DNA of 64,000 nucleotides, from assembly GCA_001600815.1 (NCBI GenBank), contig BCKZ01000006.1:807048-871047 (forward strand), in the 5' to 3' direction. Each line of letters opens with the position of its first letter. Within the stretch, counting starts at the first letter, position 1. This stretch comes from Alloascoidea hylecoeti. Lineage: Eukaryota. Positions 1 to 11,200 of the stretch are shown here, in pieces. A model generated the notes under the pieces. The model had not been told where the DNA came from, searched no databases, and saw only the letters and a list, made by a program, of their open reading frames with translations. A program made the position numbers and the translations under genes.

Positions 1-415
1 AAATATAATATTTATTACTCGAGATCGATAATATTTTCAATATCAAGAATGGGTATTAAACCTGGGTAACTAAACAGACCTGGTGGTACTGCTAACACCT
101 ATATGAGCTATATACACAAGTCTAAAACTATATCCTTAGCTGGCGAATAAGCAGTGATATAGCATTACATTTAATTACAATAAAGTAGACCTTAACATTA
201 AGTTGTAAATAGTCGTGCTTCTTAATAAATAAATAACTTATATGCATGTATAAAATTTCGACATCGATGCCAATATTAGCTCATCGATATCGTAGATTAT
301 ATAAGTTGTAATGAAGTTTTTTTATATTATATTATGCTAGCTATGGCTATAGCTATAATCACAAGTACTAGTATTGAATCAATTAATATTGAATTCAATA
401 CAGGTACATGATCAT

Positions 416-950
416 TACTGCCATTCCACTTAATTTAGGCCACATATTCGGCCCCTTTTCATTAATATTAATTAAACATTTATATACGTATTATAACTCA
501 ATATATATGTCCTAAGAAGGTATAGATAGTAATTTCTTATTCACAGGGATTTCTGTATTTCAGCATCTCTGTCGTTTTTTACTTTTGATAACAATTCTAT
601 AGCTCTATCCAACTTGCTGTTTAGATCTTCAAACGTAATGGTTTCTTACCTGACATTCTTGAATTTAATTAAACAAATATTTTTCTTTTCTACGTATTAC
701 CTAAATGCTCTAGAATTATTTATTTGTATATAAATTATTATTGTTAAAATTGTTAAAGTTATATTAAATGAAAACAACAAACTAGGTTACATGTAAAGAT
801 AACTAAATTTAAATGAGGATTGAATAAGTTTTTACTTGCAAGCTAACGTTAACCTTCATGATATCAGTTTACTTGTGACAATATAATTATACTTAAGTGT
901 AGAGAAAGTAATTCATCAAGACGCGGCCGAAATTAAGTGAAATGGCTGTA
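416..950. mobile_element. Non-autonomous Tc1/mariner-superfamily element (MITE-like), 531 bp between TA dinucleotides
   Basis: 418-443 CTGCCATTCCACTTAATTTAGGCCAC and 923-948 GCGGCCGAAATTAAGTGAAATGGCTG are inverted repeats (22/26). TA flanks both ends (416-417, 949-950). No intact ORF inside. Confidence 0.75.
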
Positions 951-2718
951 TGTAAATGGAGCCATTTTAATTAGATATTCCTTACATTAATTTTAATTAT
1001 GAAGATATACCAGTATAAGCTTATAATATAATTAAAACTCAATTGCAACTTATTCATATTAATAGGTGCAGATAATAATAATAAGTATATAGGTATTAGC
1101 TTCTTAAGTAGATGTGTTAATACTAAATAAGTAATAAGTATAAATAAATATTTAATTAATCAATTATAATATGCTAAATCCATTATTATATATCATTGGA
1201 ATTATACATATTAACCAGGGAAAAAACTCTTCTCCTGAAAATTAACTCATAATTATATAACTAGTATATGTTCAAAGAATAGAAATTTCAAAATCTTGCC
1301 AACAGATGGATCCGCCGGATGCCCCTGATAATGAAAAATATATATAAGCTAAAATTTAATGACTGTATATTATTATATATATCCTTATAGCTATAGCCCT
1401 TTGCGGTCGTGAGATACTGAAATTTATAACGTTAATACTAATACTAATATATATCAACTATTATCAGAGAGTCCAATATTATATGTGATTGGAATATACT
1501 AAAAAAAGAATTTTCAAATCTCGATGCAAGTGATTACAGATAGGTAGAAATATGTGAAACACAACACATTAATCGGTACACATTTGCATTGAGTATGAAT
1601 TCCCATAATAAATTATAAGCTATAAGCTTATAATAACATCTATATAACTTATAATTATATAGATTTAACCCATATCTAGCAAGGCAAATGCAAACTTCTT
1701 CTCGGTATATAAGCCTTATAAAGCTTTAGATCAAGTACTTATCACGATTACAATCTATGCTATAAGCTTAAGCCATATATATAAATTATAGTCCATATTT
1801 GTTATAGGACTATTCCTATATAGCTACAGAATGTTTTTTTCATTTATCGACTAAAAATATATATAAATAGTAATAATTGTGTTTAATATATATATAGGTA
1901 TTGTAAGTTGTAACCGAGTATTATAGGTATATCTATGGCAAATGTAGGTATACCGGTGGTGCTGAAACTAAATCAATTATTACTTTTTTTTGTCACCTTT
2001 TACAATCAATTAATTATACCAATGATAAATCTGAAATCAATATAGTTCTGGCGATAAAATATAAGTTGATACAACCGGTACCCTTCATCTTCATAACTGG
2101 AAAAAGTTATATACCTTACTTATAACTATAAATATATAATCAATTAAGCTATAATTAAGTTTTATATATAAATTCTGTTTTTAGAAGAAATGCAGTCTAG
2201 AACTTTCAAAGTAGATATGATTAACTATTTGGCTTAATATAAGCGTAAGTAAACTTTTCCAATATTAATTAATTATAAGATGAGATTATAATTTGCAATT
2301 AGATATAATATCAATTGCAATTATAAGTTTATACTTGCAATTGGATATATATGACAAAGCACACACACACAAGGTATATACATTATACTTATAATTATAT
2401 ATAAAACTAAAACTTCATAACAAATGCATATTTTTTATTACCACGAATGCCATCTTCATCTTCGTGTCCGGTACTATTTCCAAAATAGTTTTGTTTAAAA
2501 GTTAATTGCACTTCAGAATCACAAAAATATATTCTTTTCAAGTATCTTATACTATATCATATAATTATAACTTGTAACATTAATATCCATATTTTTAGCG
2601 CAGATATTAAGAATAAGTTTATAAATACCAGTAAAATATATCGAAAGAATAACCCGTTGAGTATCTCTGTATAGGCGATAATTTCGCTTGCTGAAATCAA
2701 GATTATAGTATTTAACAT

Positions 2719-4773
2719 TTATTCAACAATAGGAATAGTATATGTTGCAGGAAACATACCCACTCTTCTATCTACTGTTTCACCAATCCACCATTTATCA
2801 TCACCTCCCTTTTTACTAATTATCTTAACCTTATCTCCTACTCTAAAACAGAGATCTCCAGGCTGTTCACCATCAAATGAATGAATCGCAACAAGGTCGA
2901 AAGATTTTTCTTGCTTTTCTTCCTGTGAATCCAATATCACGGTATTATCATCACTGATGTCATCTTCATCTTCGTCCTCAATACTATTTCCAAAATAGTT
3001 TTGATTTATGCCATTAAAACTTGATAATAACGCATCTACACTATCAAATTTGTTGTAATCCTGTTCACCAGAACCCGAATATTGGCGTAAGGATCTCAAT
3101 AGTAACACAAGTGTAGCACCCGAACAGGAAGTTAATGCTCTTGCAAGGAAGATGTTATGAGTATCATGTTTATCTTGCTCAAATGTTGTTGTTATAGGGC
3201 AATATCCCAACACAGTTTCACTTGGTTTCACTATACCAAAATTAAAGCTTCTTTCACTAATTGAAAACTTACGACCTGGACTTTTCTGCCCCACCAAAGT
3301 GATCGAAGTCTGGTCAGACTTAGGAGTTTCGTATCTGGATCTAGAGATAGGAAGAGTTCTAGGGCTGGTGGGGATTTGTATGCTAGGAAATCTCAGAGAC
3401 TTGCCATTAATAGGGGACGAGGAATTTGAAGGACTAGATGCTTTTCGAAAAATGTTCCAAGAACTTATGCTCTTACCACTTATATTGCTTACAGTGCTCG
3501 TAGTGCTACTACTAGACATGGATCTGTTTCTTGCACTTGTTCTTGGTGGCGGGACTCCTGGTAATGGAGGAGTCGAGACTTCCGGGACGTGCTTCCGAGA
3601 GGGTATTGATACCGGAGATGAATGTCCCCCCGGGAGATAAGTTGAAGTCGAACGTCTAAAATTAAATGGTTGTTGGAGAGGGTCTGCATCATTCTTAAAC
3701 ATTCCTTCAGATTGGTCAGTTGGCTCCACATTATGCGTTATAGACATCGTTTTCATATCCAAATGGACTTTGTCCTGCTTTACCGTCTTCTTGACGACAT
3801 TGGATGTAGCCGCTATAGTTGATGTCATGGCCAAAGTTAGTTCCCTTTTAATTTTGTCAGACTTCGTATGCTTCCATATCGGTGTCTTGATCACATTACC
3901 GTTGGAAATATGCTGTAGGGCTTCCGTTTTTGTTTGAATCGATTCGAAGTCATTTTCCCATTCATGGCATATATCTTCGTAGTCCTGTGGGGTCTCAGTC
4001 ATCCGATGCCCATATCGTTGAGTGTACAATTCGAAGTTTTCTTTCCATATTCTAAATATATCAACTTCAGTTTGGTAGACAATTGATGTAGTAATATACA
4101 AAAATTCGGTAATCTGACTAAAGCATTGGGGTAATCCTTTCCTCAACTTAGCATCAAGTTTGAAAAATACATCAGAAGCTTCATCCAACTCAATTTCCGC
4201 TTTTTGTAAAGATTCCTTTTCCTTGTCGGTAAGACCTTTCTCACTCTCAGACTTATCGTGCAACTTTTCGACGGTCTCGGTGAATCGTTCATAATCAATT
4301 TTTTTGTGGCCTCTTTTCTTCAGTGACTTCTCCACTTCCTGCAGATATAGTGCCATTTCCTTGCATTTTAACACTACAAGTGTTTCAAGATTCCCTAATA
4401 ACGGCTCAGTTGCTACTTTCACTGAGTTGCACATTCCCCTGTAATCTTGGAGCTGTTTCATGGTTATAGATGGAGTAATTTGGTGTTCTCGTGGGGTCTC
4501 ATTTATGCTTAAATCTTCTTTCTTGAGATCCGTAGGAAGGTCTCTGTAAAGTTCCTCGTATAACTCTAGTATTTCCTCATTGCGATTTTGCATATCTCTC
4601 CAGGCTTTAACGTGGATGCCAATTTGTCCTGTAATAAAAGTTAATCCGTTGACTGTAGTTGCTATATCTTTTGACCAATCCGTAACTACTTTGTCGTCAG
4701 TTGTCTTGTCCCCAATGTGTCTCAGTTGATGCGGTGCACGGGCTAGTGCTTTCTTTGCGCCTTTAAAAGACAT
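2719..4773 (-). CDS. Amphiphysin/Rvs167-like N-BAR + C-terminal SH3 protein (divergent paralogue), 684 aa
   Basis: N-terminus MSFKGAKKALARAP resembles Rvs167 helix 0. BAR-like KKRGHKKIDYER. C-terminal SH3: AIHSFDGEQPGDLCFRVGDKVKII...WWIG...GMFPATY. Confidence 0.85.
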   Translation of the reverse strand: MSFKGAKKALARAPHQLRHIGDKTTDDKVVTDWSKDIATTVNGLTFITGQIGIHVKAWRDMQNRNEEILELYEELYRDLPTDLKKEDLSINETPREHQITPSITMKQLQDYRGMCNSVKVATEPLLGNLETLVVLKCKEMALYLQEVEKSLKKRGHKKIDYERFTETVEKLHDKSESEKGLTDKEKESLQKAEIELDEASDVFFKLDAKLRKGLPQCFSQITEFLYITTSIVYQTEVDIFRIWKENFELYTQRYGHRMTETPQDYEDICHEWENDFESIQTKTEALQHISNGNVIKTPIWKHTKSDKIKRELTLAMTSTIAATSNVVKKTVKQDKVHLDMKTMSITHNVEPTDQSEGMFKNDADPLQQPFNFRRSTSTYLPGGHSSPVSIPSRKHVPEVSTPPLPGVPPPRTSARNRSMSSSSTTSTVSNISGKSISSWNIFRKASSPSNSSSPINGKSLRFPSIQIPTSPRTLPISRSRYETPKSDQTSITLVGQKSPGRKFSISERSFNFGIVKPSETVLGYCPITTTFEQDKHDTHNIFLARALTSCSGATLVLLLRSLRQYSGSGEQDYNKFDSVDALLSSFNGINQNYFGNSIEDEDEDDISDDNTVILDSQEEKQEKSFDLVAIHSFDGEQPGDLCFRVGDKVKIISKKGGDDKWWIGETVDRRVGMFPATYTIPIVE

Positions 4774-6077
4774 AATTTTTCCGAGGAATTAATTCTCTGC
4801 TTTGTGTTTATATTAACTAATCTATCTCAGGGGATGGACGAGATAACTCCTTGGGCACTTGTGCTTTGTAACTGAAAATATGCGTTAAACTTGGTATTAG
4901 GATTAAAGGAGAACCTCCCGAGGAGCCGAAGTGGTTACTTCCGGGACATATCGCAACTATATTAATATGCCTATTAATTAGCACTATTCTTTAAATTATT
5001 AATTATTATTAATATTCACTATAATTAACTTCTATAGGATTTATATAACTAGACATTATTTTTTTATGTATTTTTTATATTTATTTACATTTAAATATAC
5101 TTATATAAACATTATGGAGACAAGAGATAAGTTATAGGTCACAATCACCAGTATAAAGATAAACGGATATAATATACCACAAACATATGCATGTTTTAAT
5201 GGAGGAAATGACCAAAAAGAAAAGAATCCCAATTGCAAAAAAGGATCGTAGACATATCGATGCTATTCAATAGCATCCAATATTTTTTTTTTTTTTTTTT
5301 AAAAAGGCAATTATAAGTAAAGTAAACAATATTGTTAATACTAGAAAGACACATTCACAAGCAAAGATAAACCAAAAAAAACATAAAGCCCAATTAAACA
5401 ATTAAACTGTCAAAAAAATAAAAAAATAAATAATAAAAAAAATAGAGCAAATTAATAAATATAGGAATAAAAACGAGTGTATAGAGACAAGGCTCAACTA
5501 TACAAAAAAATTATTAAGAAAATTTTCATCATTTTTCTTTTGAACACCAAAATAAAAAGATTCTAAATCCCAGGAATTGAAGGCATGTATAAATTATTAG
5601 TGTAAAGTATTAATCGGTAAAACTGATAGAGTAAAAAAGATAAAGTAAATAGTATATTAAATAGGAATAAGAAAAAGTAGAGAGTTAAATCCAATGGATT
5701 TAACTGTCTTATATATGTAACTATATAGGCTAAATAATAATAAGGAGGTGGCAATAATATTAAGGGGCTTGCTGTAGTATATGAATGACCACGTAACCCC
5801 TGCATATCTAATATGCAAGGCATGTAGTTTAATATAAATCTGAAACATATGTAGATCATTTGATGATTGATCTGCACTGCATATCGGATATGTAAGCATG
5901 AAATAAGTTAATTAAAATTGAAATAACAACATAAAGCAACAATTGTTCATGATCGAAGTCCTTCCCTTCTAGAAATACAATGAAGCCGCCGAAAAAGAAA
6001 AAAGTGAGCGCAAAAATACGCTCATGGTTAGACAAACTCCAAAAGTCAGTATCAAAGTCAAAGTAAATCGGTTACAA

Positions 6078-7382
6078 TTAAGACAATCTTTCCATAATCA
6101 ACGCTTTACATCTTTTATTTTCATCAGATGTAAGTATGTGGTTTTCTAACCAGTCTTCCCCTGTGCTTCGACGACCACAATGAACACAAACACCTTCGTG
6201 ACCTAATTTAGAATTAAGGTTCTTGAATCTGTTTACGATTTTATCATAATCAAATCTGAAGTGGGTATGAAGTAAATGCTTCTTAAAGTCGTATTTTCTG
6301 TTAAATTGACCTCTCTTATGGCGACAAAGATGTCTTGGAAATGGGCACTTGAAACGTCCATCAGGTTCATGTATTCTCATATGTCGGGGCAAGTCTCTAA
6401 CCAGGTATTCGTTGCAAATAGGGCAGATATGATTGTCTGGTTTATCATGATAAGTAGATTTTCTTTTACCGCCATTTTTAGCCTTTGATATTTTACTTTT
6501 TGACTTTGTTTTGGAACCACAAGCAGACTTTGCTTTAGATTTCAAAATATCGACAACAGTAGGTTTCTCAGTAAGTGAAATACAAATTTTATTCTCATGT
6601 ACTGATTGCTCATCCAATTGAGGAGATAAACCCTCATCGCATATTGTTTTATCTCCATCTTCGAAACAAGAAACATTGGGAGAGAATACCGAACTAGATG
6701 AATCAGAAGGAGTTGAAAAGGATGAGCATGATGAGCAAGCAGGACTATTTGAGTAAGAGGAAAAGACAGACTCTCTTGAATCTGAACACGAAGACCTTAA
6801 AGAATTATTAACCAAAAATGAATTGGAAGGCTGTGAGATAAATTGAGTATCAATTGATTGTTCAGCACTATTTTGGGTGAACTGTGGAGAAACAGAGATA
6901 CTTCGATTACCACCATCCTCTGCAATTGATAGTGGATTATTAACATCACCACAGAATATAGAACCAGCCATGCTAATTGAGCCAGCCATATTGTCAAATT
7001 CGCCCAAACTAGTAGGAATCTGATAGTCATAGGAGTTATTTGAACAATAAGATATCAATTGATTACTCTCAACTCCGTAGATATTAGGTTGTTGGCCCAT
7101 AACACATTCCATCTTAGTACGGTGTTCCCCGTAATTATTATAAATTGTATGCTGATTGTTTTCACATTCAACATCATTTAAGAGGAATTCATTCAGTGGT
7201 TGGTTAGCAAGAAAATGCATATGCTGAGAGTCAAGGTTGATATCATTAGAATAGGAACCAGATGGGGTTGAGTAATAGGTTGGTGGGTTAGGAGAGACAG
7301 ATACTCCCGAGAGCATTCCATCATTTTGAGATTCCAAGAGAATCTTGTTTGTTGAATATAAAAGCGGGCAATAGGTAGTCAT
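6078..7382 (-). CDS. C2H2 zinc-finger transcription factor, 434 aa
   Basis: C-terminal CPIC...HMRIH, CPFPRHLC...FNRKYDFKKHLLHTH and CVHC...WLENH fingers; Ser/Asn-rich N-terminal region. Confidence 0.85.
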   Translation of the reverse strand: MTTYCPLLYSTNKILLESQNDGMLSGVSVSPNPPTYYSTPSGSYSNDINLDSQHMHFLANQPLNEFLLNDVECENNQHTIYNNYGEHRTKMECVMGQQPNIYGVESNQLISYCSNNSYDYQIPTSLGEFDNMAGSISMAGSIFCGDVNNPLSIAEDGGNRSISVSPQFTQNSAEQSIDTQFISQPSNSFLVNNSLRSSCSDSRESVFSSYSNSPACSSCSSFSTPSDSSSSVFSPNVSCFEDGDKTICDEGLSPQLDEQSVHENKICISLTEKPTVVDILKSKAKSACGSKTKSKSKISKAKNGGKRKSTYHDKPDNHICPICNEYLVRDLPRHMRIHEPDGRFKCPFPRHLCRHKRGQFNRKYDFKKHLLHTHFRFDYDKIVNRFKNLNSKLGHEGVCVHCGRRSTGEDWLENHILTSDENKRCKALIMERLS

Positions 7383-7659
7383 CTTAAATAACTAAATTGT
7401 TTGTATGTGTAGGTATGAATGTTAATTATATGAAATGAATTGTTTTTTGACAGCGAAGGTAGGGTGGACTTAAATAATAAGTTCAGAAAAGAAGGGAAAG
7501 CGAATAAAAGTAAAGACGGAAGGGACAAAAAAGAGGGAATATGGCATAGTTTATAAGATTTAGAGGAGTAGTATGAACAAGACGGAATTTAATATTAATA
7601 TAATTGATGAATATGATAATAACCGATAATTAAGGTAGCCCTTATCCCTTCTTCTTGTA

Positions 7660-8230
7660 ATTATATTACTCTCATATTATTCTCTGGTAATTATTCTTCG
7701 GGCTAGGTATACACCAATGTAACACAAGGCACGTATGCACTGCATTGATGCTTGTTCGTACGATGTGCTGTGATATGTATATTATAATACAACTTATGGG
7801 ACTTTTTTTTCACTAAACACTGCGTGTGCTGTAGAAAAGTATTAAAAGTATCACAATATGCATTTGAGACATACTCGCTTGCCTATTGAGGTGTCAAACA
7901 TAGTTATGGGCCATGCACCCCCTAAGTAGGGAAGAAGAGGCCAGAGCTATGATGTTATGTTCTCATTAATATGTTATCAGCCAATATTAATATTATGAAA
8001 TCTATCACGTTGTGTTTATAATAACCGATGGAGTTGGTCCTCCCTTCTCGCGTCAACGTCCGTAAGCAATTACAACTGTGTGTCTGTTCATAACTAAACA
8101 TCCAACGCTTCAGGAAACTATCCCGGTTCGTGGTCATAATATCCACCGTAGGCATTGTCTCTTCATTATGTAATCATTAGGTAGTATGTTTCATGATGCC
8201 ATGCCAAACTGCTAATTTGTGTTTGATTTT
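7660..8230 (-). mobile_element. Decayed Tc1-family transposase relic
   Basis: Minus-strand fragments in Tc1 order with frameshifts and stops: KRQCLRW (~8160-8140), KRWMFSYE (~8110-8087, cf. V-I-FSDE), RGCMAHNYV (7923-7897, cf. WGC), AYCDTF, VLHWCIPSPKNN..II* (~7725-7672, cf. WPxxSPDLNPIENIW). Boundaries approximate. Confidence 0.6.
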
Positions 8231-11200
8231 TAGTGGTACTTCCTACCAACTGTAGCCATATTCTACAACATCCATAACGTTAAATTTTATACGAGCCCTA
8301 ATTATAAATATAAATCTTATTTATAGAATTAGAACAGCGGGTATACACTTTTGTCTAGGCTCCGTCTAGACTATGGTCTGATCATCGAGTGAGGTTATAA
8401 TCTAGATCTGGAAAAATGACACTATTAATCTCAATAGGATTAGTACCATATCAGTGGTTATATTCTATAGCTATAGCTACTATAAGTTATATCGCACATT
8501 AGTAATGTGCTAATGATACCGATAGATTATACTGTTATAGTTGCTATAGCTAATAAACATGTACAATTAATATATTAATATTAATGTACTATTGTTAACG
8601 TTTGGAATTGCAATTCTTAAAAACTTATTCGGGTAAAAGTAATTATAACAATTGCAAATTCGAAGAGATTTAATATTAATATATAACTGTAATTAAGTCC
8701 AGATTTTTCCAGTAATTATAACAATTACAAATAGTCGTTTGCTTAATTGGAGAACAGACAATTAACAATATAATAATCGATAACATACTCTTAACTTAAT
8801 AGTAGGGTGATAATCAATATCGTATATTTAGTCACAATGGACCATAACACTATTATGGTAGTTTCCACAGTGTTCCCTTCTGATATAATAATGGAAATAA
8901 CTTGTATAATTAATTAATATTAATCTTTTGAAGTAATATTTCCACAGGTAAAACCCTAACTTAGTTGTCACCCCTTAATTAGGTGATAATTCAAAGACAC
9001 TATTAGCCCTATAGCTATAGATAAAAAGGAGCGCGCGGCATACAGAATATCTTTCTCATATTATAGTGTGACAAGCATTTTTATTCTTACAATTGAGATA
9101 TATAAAGAAACTGACTCGGCTAAGGTTCAAAATGCTTGAAACTTTTATAATATGCTATATTAATATATATATATTATACATTATACATATGTTCGTGTGG
9201 AGCCAGTTGCAATATTGAAAATGGGGCCTTGCACACTTGTAAAGGAATTTTTTTGTTAATTATATTTAAATTTAATGAGAAGATGTACGATGTGTATATT
9301 AGAAAATAAAATATAACTAATATAGTATATAGCATATAATTATTATAGCCAGTAACTAAATAATAAATCTATACTAGTATTATGTTTTAGATACTGATAC
9401 TGATATACTTTACCTGGGGAGTCCGAACTAACGATGAGATTATATGTAAATAATGTAATGCAATTGACAATTTTACACACACTTAGTTTAACTTATAAGG
9501 GGCTATAATTTCTAATTATTGTTGATATTATTGTAACAATACTATAGCTCTATGATCAATGCTACCTCATCGTGGCATGGTGCGTTTGATTGAGATTGTT
9601 TCACCTGAATTTTGTTACTAATACCTAAATTTGCCCTGAAATATACCGACTTTAAGCACTAGCTATATTGACTTAAATTATTCAAATAAAACTTTTAAAA
9701 AGGGTCAATTAATGCGAGCAATTAACAAGAAAGTTACATTTGAAAGATTTAAAGCTTTAAATAAGGTACATATTATAAATTCAATATACTAGCTACTATA
9801 ACTATAGGGTAAGTTGCATACGAGCTCCATAACCAATTTTTTTTAAAAATTTAACAAATTTATCTAATACCTATATGAAAGCTACTCATGTTAGGTCTAG
9901 TAGCTTTTTGTTTTGAAGATTGTACAAGCATTTGGGGTCGTTCACCAGAGATGATTTTCTGAGCTTACGGTTAAGGTTGATAGCACACTCACAGTTTTGT
10001 ATGTAACTTTCTCTATATAATAAGGTGTCCGTCATTAGGAGTTAAAATATCTTTAGCTTCAATTGTCTTGTGAGATCTATAACCAAACTCTAGTAATATA
10101 TTGAAATCAGTTGGAAAGATATTATAATTTATTGTTATCTAAGAATGTTACAACCTTTAGAAGGCACCAAAAATTACTATATACAGTATTATACACCTAC
10201 TGCAGATACTTATAATCTCAGCAGATGCTATACTGTAAATTGTATTGTGGCTGATAAACGTTAAAATTGAAGAATAAATTAAATGCTGTAGCGATACAAC
10301 AGTTACAAAAAAACTATCAGCCATAAAAAAATATTTTCGTGACATAACAAGCAAAATATTTAGCTATACATTCTAATTATAAGCCTTGATTCAATTCAAA
10401 AGTTATACATATAACTGATATTAGTATATTTAATAATAAGCCTTTTAAAATTCAAGAATTGATATATAATTGTCGCAGGTTAAGCTTAACTTAATTATAA
10501 AATGTCAATATTATTTCTCAATTGCAATGTCCTATATACAACATATATTTTACATATACGCATACGGATATATGATATATTTTCCTCTATATTCCGGGAT
10601 TATAAATATATTGATATAGTTAATGAATACTATTGAATAGAGTGATAAATCGGTAAAATTGCGGTACTATGTGCATTCTAATTAACAACCATCCGTGCTC
10701 TTAAGATTTTTTAAGAAAAGATCATAATTCAAAAATTATACCCACGTGCGTCAGGATCCTCTGTCTTAAGGATATCACCTAATATTGTGAACACATGTGT
10801 AATTATAAGGGAGCTAATAACTTGACTATTTATTAGCTACTGGTAGTGAGTCTGACATGTTGAATATTTTATAACTTAAGCTCCAATTGAGAAAAAGTTA
10901 TATAAATATTATACTAGTATATGTTACTGATTATGTTATCTTTCCTTAATTTCCTTGAGAATATAAAAGGAAAATACCTGCGTTCATTACCTGCATCTAA
11001 TATCAAATTATAATAATAATCATAATCTGTTGTATAAAACCTTCGATTAAATCTTGACTTTACGGATGCTATATATTCAGAATTCAATATTAATTGTTAA
11101 AGAATAAGTAGCTATATGTATACTGGTATATATTGATCATCGCATATAGTCGTGTATTAAAATTGATCGGGGGGTATATAGCTATGGAGTTACATATTAT

